Source: Candidatus Latescibacterota bacterium (GTDB lineage: Bacteria; Latescibacterota; UBA2968; UBA8231). Taken from it: a stretch of 64,000 nucleotides of DNA. Positions 48,180 through 56,926 of this stretch are shown piece after piece (position 1 is the stretch's first letter; each line of letters starts with the position of its first letter). The stretch spans positions 704,001-768,000 of the forward strand of contig CBDCSU010000006.1 of NCBI GenBank assembly GCA_965221775.1, written 5' to 3'. Made by a program: the position numbers and the translations under genes. Below the pieces are notes generated by a model. It was not told the DNA's origin and made no database searches. It was given only the letters and a program-made list of their open reading frames with translations.

Positions 48180-48331
48180 ACTCAGGGCTGTGGAACTGTG
48201 TCATACTATCAGGCGAGAGTCGTGATACGCCAGACTCTCTCTAGTGGAGGACCAGAAACGTGTTGCTTGGGCAGGCCGGGTGGATCACTTGGAGGCCGCG
48301 AGATCACTGCCCCCTTGACTGGTCACTCCCC

Positions 48332-48982
48332 TCACACCCGCTCCCCCCGCGGCTCCGCCTTCCCATGAGTGTGATCCCACAGGTGTCCCCGCCGCCCCTC
48401 CCCTTCCATGGTGGTCTCGAAGTAGACGGCCCGCACCGGCTCATGCACCATCGGGAAGTCGTGGTGGTGCCCCATGCCGGTGGCCACGCAGTCGCCTGAG
48501 GCGACCTCGTAACTCTTCCCCTCCGAGACGGCGACTCCGCGGCCGGCGAAGAGAATCCAGTACTCGTCGCAGTCGTGGAAGTGGCAGTCGAAGGTGGTCC
48601 GCTTCTCGTAGGCGACCGGATCCCCCCGGTCGACGCGGTCGCTGTCGGCTGCCTCCGCCACCGAGAACAACCCCGAGCCGCCGACCTCGTCGCCCCAGTG
48701 GCCGGCCATGCGGATCAGGGTGGCGTCCTCGGCGACCTCGAGGATGCTGAACCCGCCCTCCTGCTCACCTGCCGGCAGGTCGATGTTGGCTCCCTCGCCG
48801 GCGGCCAGCTCCCGGCCGGCCGCGGAGACGGTGCAGGCTCCCTCTCCGACGATCAGTTTCTCCCTGGGGCCGGCGCGGCCGAAGTCGTAAGGGGCGGCTC
48901 CTGCTGTCAGGCGGACGATGTCGAACTGGCGCATTTCGCACCAGGGGGGCGCCTGGCCGGGTCCCGCGTGAAAGACCGGCAT
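48332..48982 (-). CDS. Cupin domain protein
   Basis: CHFHDCDEYWIL..MGHHHDF. Confidence 0.8.
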   Translation of the reverse strand: MPVFHAGPGQAPPWCEMRQFDIVRLTAGAAPYDFGRAGPREKLIVGEGACTVSAAGRELAAGEGANIDLPAGEQEGGFSILEVAEDATLIRMAGHWGDEVGGSGLFSVAEAADSDRVDRGDPVAYEKRTTFDCHFHDCDEYWILFAGRGVAVSEGKSYEVASGDCVATGMGHHHDFPMVHEPVRAVYFETTMEGEGRRGHLWDHTHGKAEPRGERV

Positions 48983-49035
48983 GACTTTCCTTCCTCTCTT
49001 CGTGAACCTGGGTTCGATTCCCGGATCTACAGGGT

Positions 49036-50184
49036 GTGAGTGATGGGGTGATTTCAGACCAGGAACTCGTCGCCGGGTGCAGGCAGGGAAGCCAGGACGC
49101 CTTCCGCCGGCTCGTGGACAAGCACTGGGCGGGTGTGGTCAGGGCCGTGGCTCCTGTTCTCGGAGATACCGACGACGTCGAGGACGCCGCGCAGGAGGCG
49201 TTCATCCGGGCCTGCCGGCGCCTCGGCGAGCTGCAGGACCCGGACCGGCTCCCGGCCTGGCTCCACGCCATCGCCCGCAACGCCGCCCGGAAGATGCTGC
49301 GCCAGAGGCGGCTCGAGCAGCTGCGCCTGCCGGAATACGAACTGAGCCATGGTGCGCCCGACCCGGACCTCGGGACATCCCTCCAATACAGGGACCTGAA
49401 GGGCCTGGTGAACAGCCTGGCGCCGCCGGACCGGGCCGTGGTCACCCTGTTCTACCTGGCCGGGATGGAGCTCAACCGGATCGCGGAGCGGCTGCACATA
49501 CCCGCCGGCACCGCCAAGAGCCGGCTTCACAGATCGCGCCGACAGATGCGAGAAAGGATGCGGAACATGGCACCGAAGACCGAAGAGCGCACCGGCTCCC
49601 CCGAGAGCGCCCCCCGCGACGTCATCGGGGGGATGCGGGGCCTCATCAACTGGGAGGTGGTTCCCGTGGACGAGGGCCTCACCTCCTGGCAGCCCCCCGC
49701 GTGGTCCGACCGGGACGCCCTGGAGAAGACTTGGCGGATGGAGGGCCACGCCATCGTCGGCGAGAGCGGCGAGCCCGGCGAGGAGCCGCCGCCGCTGATC
49801 GCCGGCGAGCCGACCTGGACCGACTACGAGCTCTCCTTCCTGATGACGCCGATCTCAGGCGGGAACGCGCAGGTCGCCTTCCGCATCTCCGCGGACGAGC
49901 GCAGCTACTACCTGTTCGACTTCCTCCTCGGGTGGCAGGCCGTGGGCCTCTACCGGGTGATCGACGGCCGCCTCACCAAGCTCAGCGTGGTGAACCACGC
50001 CCTTCACCGGGGCCAGGAGTACGAGGTCCAGGTCGCCGCCCGGGGCGCCTCGCTCACTTCGTACGTCGACGGCAAGCTGGTCAACCAGCTCACCGACGAG
50101 ACCTTCCGCATGGGCGCCTTCGGCCTGATGGTGTGGGAGTGCAGCACCGCGTTCCGGGACGTGCGCTACCGGCTGCTGCACTGA
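49036..50184 (+). CDS. ECF sigma factor with C-terminal DUF1080-like (ConA/lectin-fold) extension
   Basis: sigma2 DVEDAAQEAFIRA..WLHAIARN; sigma4 IAERLHIPAGTAKSRLHRSR; C-terminal WTDYELSF..YVDGKLV..AFRDVRYR. Confidence 0.85.
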   Translation: MSDGVISDQELVAGCRQGSQDAFRRLVDKHWAGVVRAVAPVLGDTDDVEDAAQEAFIRACRRLGELQDPDRLPAWLHAIARNAARKMLRQRRLEQLRLPEYELSHGAPDPDLGTSLQYRDLKGLVNSLAPPDRAVVTLFYLAGMELNRIAERLHIPAGTAKSRLHRSRRQMRERMRNMAPKTEERTGSPESAPRDVIGGMRGLINWEVVPVDEGLTSWQPPAWSDRDALEKTWRMEGHAIVGESGEPGEEPPPLIAGEPTWTDYELSFLMTPISGGNAQVAFRISADERSYYLFDFLLGWQAVGLYRVIDGRLTKLSVVNHALHRGQEYEVQVAARGASLTSYVDGKLVNQLTDETFRMGAFGLMVWECSTAFRDVRYRLLH

Positions 50185-50197
50185 GCCGGGGAGCCGC

Positions 50198-51352
50198 TCA
50201 CGGCCACAGGTCCCCGCCGTGCAGCAGCTCGCTGAAGCGGACGAAGGGCACCACCTCGATGCCGTCGGCGGTCTGCAGGGACGGCCCCTCGGGGTAGACC
50301 ACGAGGCGCCGGCGCAGGCCCTTCAGGCGGCCGAGGGCGCGCAGGCCCCTGCACCAGCTCTCCGAGAAGCTCCTCCCGGCCTTCGCCTCCACGGCGACGA
50401 ACTCGCCCCCGCGCTGGAGCAGGAAGTCCACCTCCATCCCGGTCGACGCGGCACTGGCCCAGTAGAACCACCCGTCGCACACCCCGAGATAGTCCTTGGC
50501 GGCGCGAATGAGCTGGGCCACCAGCCCTTCGAAGAGGGGGCCGCGCTCTTCCGGGGCGGGGGGGCCGGCGGCGACTCCCTTCAGGGCGCGCACGATCCCG
50601 GGGTCGCACCAGTACCACTTGGGCAGGGAGCGCTCGCGCACGCGCACCTTCGCCTGGTAACCCGGCAGCCGGAAGCAGAGGAGGGTCTGCTCCAGGATCT
50701 CCAGGTAGCCGGTCACGGTGGTGCGGGCGACGCCGGCCTCGCGGGCGATGTTGGTGACATTGACCGTCTGGCCGTGGCAGAGGGCGGCGATGGGCAGGAA
50801 GCGGGCAAAGCCGGGCAGGTTGCGCACCAGGCCCTCGGCCTGGATCTCTTCGCGCAGGTACATCCGGGCGTACGCTTCGAGGGTTTCGTCCCTGGCCTCC
50901 GACGCCCAGACGATGGGCAGCAGGCCGTGGCGCATCGCCTCGTCGAGGTCGAAGGCAGCTCCCAGCTCGGGCGGGACGAAGGGGTGCATGGCCCGATACA
51001 GGGCGCGCCCGGCGAGCAGGTTGACCCCCGCCTGCCGGAGCTTCCGGGCGCTCGACCCGCACAGCACGAAGCGCTGCCCGCGCTCCTCGATGAAGCGGTG
51101 GACCTCGTTGAGGAGGCCGGGCAGGCGCTGCATCTCGTCGAGCACCACCCAGCGGTCCCCGTCGACGGCTCTCAGTTCGGCCTCGAAGAGGCCGGGGTCG
51201 GCCAGCAGCCGCTGGTAGGTCGCTTCGGAGAGGAGGTCGATCACGTGGGCGTCGGGGAAGGCCGTGCGCAGCCAGGTGCTCTTGCCGACGCCGCGGGGTC
51301 CCATCAGGAAGAAGCTCTGACGGGGTGCGCGGAGGATGCGGGGGAAGTCCAT
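50198..51352 (-). CDS. AAA_14 ATPase with DUF4143 domain
   Basis: MGPRGVGKST, VVLDEMQR, LCGSSARKL..LAGRA, WYWCDPGI, EVDFLL..VEAK. Confidence 0.9.
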   Translation of the reverse strand: MDFPRILRAPRQSFFLMGPRGVGKSTWLRTAFPDAHVIDLLSEATYQRLLADPGLFEAELRAVDGDRWVVLDEMQRLPGLLNEVHRFIEERGQRFVLCGSSARKLRQAGVNLLAGRALYRAMHPFVPPELGAAFDLDEAMRHGLLPIVWASEARDETLEAYARMYLREEIQAEGLVRNLPGFARFLPIAALCHGQTVNVTNIAREAGVARTTVTGYLEILEQTLLCFRLPGYQAKVRVRERSLPKWYWCDPGIVRALKGVAAGPPAPEERGPLFEGLVAQLIRAAKDYLGVCDGWFYWASAASTGMEVDFLLQRGGEFVAVEAKAGRSFSESWCRGLRALGRLKGLRRRLVVYPEGPSLQTADGIEVVPFVRFSELLHGGDLWP

Positions 51353-51355
51353 CGT

Positions 51356-51398
51356 CTATCTTGCCGTCATTTTTCGCGGCAAAATGACGGCAAGATAG
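51356..51398. promoter_or_regulatory. Perfect 18-bp inverted repeat abutting the AAA_14 start codon
   Basis: CTATCTTGCCGTCATTTT-N7-AAAATGACGGCAAGATAG. Confidence 0.75.
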
Positions 51399-51420
51399 TC
51401 CGATTTGTCAATCCGGCCAG

Positions 51421-51609
51421 CTACCCCCGGTCGGCGATCGTCACCCCGCCGACGGCCCAGTCCTCCTTGGCGTGGTCCTCGATGACCACCATCGTGCCTT
51501 CGCGCTTGGCGCCGCAGATCTCGACGATGGCGTCGGTGAGGGCCTTGGCCAGCTCGCGCTTCTGATCGGTGGTGCGGCCTTCGATCATCTTGACGTTGAT
51601 GAAGGGCAT
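51421..51609 (-). CDS. 4-oxalocrotonate tautomerase family protein
   Basis: MPFINVKMIEGRTTDQKRELAKALT..WAVGG, 62 aa with catalytic Pro1. Confidence 0.93.
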   Translation of the reverse strand: MPFINVKMIEGRTTDQKRELAKALTDAIVEICGAKREGTMVVIEDHAKEDWAVGGVTIADRG

Positions 51610-51655
51610 GGCTCCGTCCTTTCGTTGCGGGGTTCGTTTTGCCGAAAGGTATGCC

Positions 51656-53023
51656 ATGACCGCGCCCGTTGCCCTTGGCTCCCGCCGGGAGCTGTTCGTC
51701 GACCGCTTTCTCGTGGACCGCCTCGAGGGGGCGGCCCTCCACCTGCACCCGCCGGAGCGCCGGGAGGTGGTCTTCCAGATCTCCCAGCCCTGGGAGAGCG
51801 CCTGCACCGCCTGCTACAACCTCGTGCAGGAAGGGGACCGGACCCTGCTCTACTACCGGGGCTTCTATCCCGTGGGCGAGGACTACGCCGACGGCGCCGC
51901 CAGCCAGACCACCAACCTGGCGGTCAGCCGCGACGGCATCCGCTTCGAGCATCCGGAGCTGGGCCTGGTGGAGTTCGAGGGCACGCGCCGGAACAACGTC
52001 CTCATCCAGGGCCACGAGAGCCACAACTTCTGCGTCTTCCTCGACGCCAACCCGGACGCCGCCCCGGAGCAGCGCTTCAAGGCCGTGGGCGGCACGGGCC
52101 GGTCGAACCTGCACGGCTTCGCCTCCCCCGACGGCCTGCGCTGGACCCCGGTGAAGGAGGGCCCCCTGGAGGTCACCGGCGCCTTCGATTCGGTCAACGT
52201 CCCCCTGTGGGACTCCCATGTCGGGCGCTACCGCCTCTTCAGCCGCTACTCCGAGAGCGCCGGCGGCGCCCGGGTGCGTGCCATCCAGAGCTGCACCTCC
52301 GAGGACTTCGTCCACTGGACCGACCCGGAACCCCACCGGTACGGCGACGGCGTGCCCCTGGAGCACTTCTACACCAACGCCACCACGCCCTGCCCCGGCG
52401 CCGAGCACATCCTCCTCTCCTTCCCCATGCGCTTCCTGCCCGAGCGCGAGCTCGACACCGCGGGCATGCCCTACCCGGGCAACGGCCTCTCCGACGCCGT
52501 CTTCATGAGCAGCCGCGACGGCGTCCACTGGGACCGCACCTTCCTGGAGGCCTGGCTGCGGCCCGGCCGGGATCAGCGCAACTGGTCCCACCGCAGCTGC
52601 ACCCCCGCCCCCGGCCTGGTGCAGACCGCCGCCGACGAGTGGTCGATGTACATCTCGGAGAACTACGGATGGTCGACGAACCGCCTGCGCCGCGTGGTCG
52701 TGCGGCCCCACGGCTTCGCCTCGGTGCGGGCCGGGTACTCAGGGGGCGAGCTGGTGACGCGGCCGCTGCTGCTCGAGGGCGGCGCCCTGCGCCTGAACTA
52801 CGCCACCTCGGCGGCCGGATCGCTGCGGGTGGAGATCCAGGACGAGTCGGGGCAGCCTGTGCCGGGCTTCGGCCTGGAGGAGATGGACCCCGTCTTCGGC
52901 GACCAGCTCGACGCCCCCGTGGGCTGGAAGGCGGGGGGCGACGTCTCCGGCCTGCGGGGCCGCCCCGTGCGCCTGCGGGTGGCGCTGCAGGACGCCGATC
53001 TGTTTGCGGTGCGGAGCGTGTAG
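51656..53023 (+). CDS. Hypothetical glycoside-hydrolase-like beta-propeller protein
   Basis: LGSRRELFVD, SxDG Asp-box-like repeats, C-terminal GELVTRPL..LRLNYATSAAGSLRVEI. Confidence 0.65.
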   Translation: MTAPVALGSRRELFVDRFLVDRLEGAALHLHPPERREVVFQISQPWESACTACYNLVQEGDRTLLYYRGFYPVGEDYADGAASQTTNLAVSRDGIRFEHPELGLVEFEGTRRNNVLIQGHESHNFCVFLDANPDAAPEQRFKAVGGTGRSNLHGFASPDGLRWTPVKEGPLEVTGAFDSVNVPLWDSHVGRYRLFSRYSESAGGARVRAIQSCTSEDFVHWTDPEPHRYGDGVPLEHFYTNATTPCPGAEHILLSFPMRFLPERELDTAGMPYPGNGLSDAVFMSSRDGVHWDRTFLEAWLRPGRDQRNWSHRSCTPAPGLVQTAADEWSMYISENYGWSTNRLRRVVVRPHGFASVRAGYSGGELVTRPLLLEGGALRLNYATSAAGSLRVEIQDESGQPVPGFGLEEMDPVFGDQLDAPVGWKAGGDVSGLRGRPVRLRVALQDADLFAVRSV

Positions 53024-53138
53024 CGGCGGCGCGGGACCCCCGGGGCCCGGGGCGGGACCGCCCTGCGCCCGGCGCGCGCTACGCCTGCCGCGCCTCCATG
53101 CCGCCGGGGTAGTGCAGGCGCTCCAGGTAGACCCCCCG

Positions 53139-53252
53139 TCACCACATCAGCCCCACGCACAGCATGGAGCCGATCAGGCGGAGGACGAACCTCGACACCT
53201 GACGGAGGCCTTCGTACAGGCGGTCGGTGGTGGAGAGCTGCTTGCGAGACAT
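53139..53252 (-). CDS. 37-aa small protein with hydrophobic C-terminus
   Basis: MSRKQLSTTDRLYEGLRQVSRFVLRLIGSMLCVGLMW; RBS AGGAG; fills an otherwise empty intergenic gap. Confidence 0.45.
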   Translation of the reverse strand: MSRKQLSTTDRLYEGLRQVSRFVLRLIGSMLCVGLMW

Positions 53253-53329
53253 GAGTATCTCTCCTATGGGGGCATCGAGCGTACACGCACGGCAGCCACC
53301 TCGGGGCTCGGCACGGGCCACCTGCGCCC

Positions 53330-55450
53330 TCACGAACCGCCGCCGCCCTGCGGCAGCGGCAGGCTCACCTCCTGCACGTGGCCGTACCCGGCCGAAGCGC
53401 GGACCGGCTGCCGGCGGGTCTCCACGTCCACGCCCGTGCCCCCGCATGTAAAGCGGTAACCCCCCGCCTCGGGCAGCACGAACCACGCCGTGCCCTGGAG
53501 GTCCGCCCGCACGGCGCGGGGCGGGACCGCCTGTCCCTCCAGCGGAGCCGCGAGGACGCAGGCCCCGGGGACCGGCTCGCCGGCGCGGGTGACGCGCACG
53601 AGCACCTCCGGCACACGCTCGCCCGCCAGTGGTCCCACGTCGCTCCCGGTGAAGCGGCGGAAGAGCCGCCGCGACCAGGCGGCCGTGCCCGTGGGGCGCG
53701 ACACCGGCCGCGCGGGATCGCACCAGTTGAGGCTCAGGCGGCGCTTGCCGCGGGCCTGTGGCGTCCCCTCGGAAAAGGGGTCGATGCGGGCATCGGCGCC
53801 GGACTGGGAGGGCCAGGCCACCTCGAAGTCGAAGTCCGCGGCGAGCATGCCGGGCACCGAGTCGTTGAAACCGCGGTAGTCCATGTCGGCGAAGAAGAAG
53901 GTCTGCAGGCCGTGGATGTTGCGCTCCCCCATGGCGGGGAGGAACTCCTCCCAGCCCTCGTGCAGGGGCGGCTGTTCCTCCTCCGTCTCGTCCCAGTGGC
54001 TGGCGGTGAAGATCCCGGCCTCGCCGACGCGCACCGGCTTCACCGGCAGCTCCCGGCGGATCGTCTCGATGCTCTGCTCGATGCTCTGCAGGCTGCTGAA
54101 CAGCCGGTAGCAGTCGATCAGCTCGATCAGCTCGGCATCGGCGGTGGAGGGATCGAAGGTGACCTCGGCGATGCGGCTGCGGTCCAGCTCCTTCACCTTG
54201 CGCAGCAGGGGCACGCAGTACTCCGGGTCCCGGGCGTCGGTGATGTCCCAGAACAGGATCGACGGGTGGTTGCGGACCCGGCGGATCCAGTGGTCGGCCA
54301 CGGCGAGGTGATGTTCCATGACCAGTGCCTTCTCGCCGGCGTCCATGTCCGGGGGGAAGACCTGCCCCGTGCCGACGCAGAAGTTGGCGCCCACTACGAA
54401 GACGCCGAGCTCGTCGGCCACGTCGTAGAGCACGGAGGGCGGATCGTAGCGGTGGTGCTCGACGATGCTGACGTTGGCGTCGGCCAGGTCGACGAACTTC
54501 CGGGTCAGCCACTGGCGCTCGTACACGTAGGGCACGGTGTGGTCGCCCCATGGCATGAGGCGCGTGCCGTTGAGCAACAGCCGGTCGCCTTCAGTCCAGA
54601 TCTCGCGGAAGCCGAAGCGGGTGACCTCGGCGTGCACCGCCGGCCCCGGTGATCCGGCCTCGTGGAGCGAAGACTCCAGGAAGTAGAGGACGGGCTCCCC
54701 GTACGGCGCCCGGCCCCAGATCGCGGGGTCCTTCCATGGGGCCGAGGCGCTCACCCGGTGAGCCGCCCCGGGCGCCAGCTCCGCCTCGCAAGCCGGCAGC
54801 TCCAGCACGGTCCCGCCCTCGCGGCGCACGCGCAGTTCGACCCGGCCCGCGAAGGAAGTCTCCCGGCCGTTGCGCACCGTCAGGGCGACGCGGATCGAGC
54901 CCTCGCGCACCGAGGTGGTCACATGCACGTCCTCGATCCGCACGCGGGACTCCAGGCTCAGCAGGACATCGGACTCCAGGCCGACGGTGGCCGCGCTGGT
55001 TCGCCAGAACAGGGTGTCGAGGGCCTTCTCCGCGTCCTCGCTGACGGAGGCTTGCCGCGGATGGGCATAGGCGCCGGTGCAGTTGTGGGTGTAGAGCAGC
55101 AGGTCGTGGGCGGAGCCCGGGGCGGCGAGGCAGGTGAGGTCGAGGCGCCAGGGCCGGCGCATGCCGTGGTGCTCGCCCAGGGGCTGCCCGTCGAGGTAGA
55201 GACGGCCGAAGTGGCGCACCCGCCCGGGGTCGAGGACGAGTCGGCGGTCCCCGGCCTCCCAGTCGGGGGGGATCTCGAGGGTGGTGCGGTACCAGCCCGA
55301 GGCGGGCGGGTCGTCCTCGAACTCGCGGGAGCGGTGGGGCACGCGGACGCGCCCCCAGCCGGCCGAGGGCGGATCCCCGTCGGCGGCCTCGGCGAACTCC
55401 CACTCGCCGTTGAGGAGAAGGCGGAGATCCGCCGCCGGGAGGTCGGTCAC
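53330..55450 (-). CDS. Glycoside hydrolase family 2 protein
   Basis: LNGEWEF, GWYRT, TRFGFREIWTEGDRLLLNG, LYDVADELG, RNHPSILFW. GTG at 55450 overlaps the TGA of the duplicated PhyH 3' end. Confidence 0.85.
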   Translation of the reverse strand: MTDLPAADLRLLLNGEWEFAEAADGDPPSAGWGRVRVPHRSREFEDDPPASGWYRTTLEIPPDWEAGDRRLVLDPGRVRHFGRLYLDGQPLGEHHGMRRPWRLDLTCLAAPGSAHDLLLYTHNCTGAYAHPRQASVSEDAEKALDTLFWRTSAATVGLESDVLLSLESRVRIEDVHVTTSVREGSIRVALTVRNGRETSFAGRVELRVRREGGTVLELPACEAELAPGAAHRVSASAPWKDPAIWGRAPYGEPVLYFLESSLHEAGSPGPAVHAEVTRFGFREIWTEGDRLLLNGTRLMPWGDHTVPYVYERQWLTRKFVDLADANVSIVEHHRYDPPSVLYDVADELGVFVVGANFCVGTGQVFPPDMDAGEKALVMEHHLAVADHWIRRVRNHPSILFWDITDARDPEYCVPLLRKVKELDRSRIAEVTFDPSTADAELIELIDCYRLFSSLQSIEQSIETIRRELPVKPVRVGEAGIFTASHWDETEEEQPPLHEGWEEFLPAMGERNIHGLQTFFFADMDYRGFNDSVPGMLAADFDFEVAWPSQSGADARIDPFSEGTPQARGKRRLSLNWCDPARPVSRPTGTAAWSRRLFRRFTGSDVGPLAGERVPEVLVRVTRAGEPVPGACVLAAPLEGQAVPPRAVRADLQGTAWFVLPEAGGYRFTCGGTGVDVETRRQPVRASAGYGHVQEVSLPLPQGGGGS

Positions 55451-55504
55451 CCCCAGCGGCTCGGCCCGACCCCCGCCGCGTCGCGGGCCATGCCGTCGGG
55501 GCGG
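55449..55504. repeat. 56-bp direct repeat, copy 1
   Basis: ACCCCCAGCGGCTCGGCCCGACCCCCGCCGCGTCGCGGGCCATGCCGTCGGGGCGG, identical to 56929-56984. Confidence 0.95.
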
Positions 55505-55678
55505 CGCCTTGGACGCCTCGCCTGTTTCCTGTGAAGCCATGCCAGGAACCTCGCCCGTTCCGGGTGCCATCTCCCGCTTCCCCAATCATAGGAGGTGCGG
55601 CTGCCCGGCGGGAAGTCATCGGGACCCGGCTCCGGCGGGGGCACCCGGCAGGCACTTGCGGACGGGGCCGGTCTGGTC

Positions 55679-55706
55679 TTGCTTAACGTAAGCAGCTTAC
55701 GATAAT
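55679..55706 (+). promoter_or_regulatory. Promoter with palindromic operator for the TA cassette
   Basis: TTGCTT-N16-GATAAT enclosing CGTAAGC-A-GCTTACG (55687-55701). Confidence 0.6.
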
Positions 55707-55719
55707 CACCCCGAGGAAG

Positions 55720-55995
55720 ATGGACAGCCCTCCAGCAAACGTGAGCGCCTGGTTGGCGGAGATCGGGCGCAAGGGCGGCCGCAATAGCCGCCGCCACCTG
55801 TCCAGGGAGGACGCCCTCGACATGGTCCGGGTCCGCGAGGCCCGCCGCGCATTCCGCGAGTTCCATGCCCAGTGCTTCTGGTACATGCCCGCCGACATGA
55901 AGATCACCCTGGAGGACGTGCCCGAGGTGGCCCGAGGTCTGCGCCAGCACGGCGGCCGCCGGGGTTTCCTGCGCGCGGCCAGACTGTGCCCCTGA
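55720..55995 (+). CDS. Small putative antitoxin/regulator
   Basis: 91 aa with LAEIGRKGG and CFWY; overlaps the nucleotidyltransferase start. Confidence 0.7.
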   Translation: MDSPPANVSAWLAEIGRKGGRNSRRHLSREDALDMVRVREARRAFREFHAQCFWYMPADMKITLEDVPEVARGLRQHGGRRGFLRAARLCP

Positions 55996-56771
55996 CCCCG
56001 ATCCAGGCACTGGCCCTCAGGACCATCGCGGCCAACCGCAGTCCGGAGAGCTACCTGGCCGGCGCCACGGTCCTCCATCGAGAGCCGGACACGCCCCGCT
56101 TCTCGCGGGATCTCGACTTGTTCCACGATCTCGCCGACAGCGTCGCCCTGAGCGCCGAGACGGACGCCGCCGCCCTGGGCGACGCCGGCTTCGAGCTGAC
56201 CTGGCTCCTGCGCACGCCCGCCTTCTTGCGGGCGGTTCTGTCGAGGGAAGGAGAGCAGCTTCGGATCGAGTGGGCGCAGGACAGCGCCTTCCGCTTCTTC
56301 CCGGTGGAGAAAGACGACGAGTGCGGGTACCGCCTTCACCACGCCGACGCCGCGGTGAACAAGGTCCTGGCCCTGGTGGGCCGGCAGGAGGTCCGCGACT
56401 ACGTCGACATCCTTCACCTCCACGACACCTACCTGCACCTCGGCGCCCTGGCCTGGGCGGCCTGTGGCAAGGATCCGGGGTTCACGCCCGGGTTTCTGCT
56501 GGAGCAGGCGGCGCGCCACACGGCTTACGCCCAGGCCGACATCGATCGTCTCAGCCTGCGGGAACCCCTGGACGTGAAGTCACTGAAGAGGAAGTGGCTC
56601 GGGGCCCTCGAAGAGGCCCGCGAGCTGGTCGATGCCCTGCCCCCCGAGGAGGTGGGCAGGCTCTATCTCGATGGACAGAGGCTGGTGACACCCGATCCGA
56701 AGTCGGAGCGCTTTGGGCACCTGCTTCGACACGAAGGCAGCGTCCGGGGCGCCTGGCCATCGGTCGGCTGA
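55986..56771 (+). CDS. AbiEii/AbiGii-like nucleotidyltransferase toxin
   Basis: YLAGATVL..RFSRDLDLF, NKVLALVGRQEVRDYVDI. Confidence 0.82.
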   Translation: MPLTPIQALALRTIAANRSPESYLAGATVLHREPDTPRFSRDLDLFHDLADSVALSAETDAAALGDAGFELTWLLRTPAFLRAVLSREGEQLRIEWAQDSAFRFFPVEKDDECGYRLHHADAAVNKVLALVGRQEVRDYVDILHLHDTYLHLGALAWAACGKDPGFTPGFLLEQAARHTAYAQADIDRLSLREPLDVKSLKRKWLGALEEARELVDALPPEEVGRLYLDGQRLVTPDPKSERFGHLLRHEGSVRGAWPSVG

Positions 56772-56926
56772 GGGCGCGCCGGCGGTCTGGCTGGACTGCA
56801 CGAGATTCCGTGTGGCCGATGTGGGCGCCGAGCTCGTCCGAGCTATCGGAGCCGGACCTGGCCGGGGCGGCGAGAGGCCTGGGGACTCCTACCCGTGAAA
56901 CCGGGGATTTCGTGCTGCCGGCGAAC

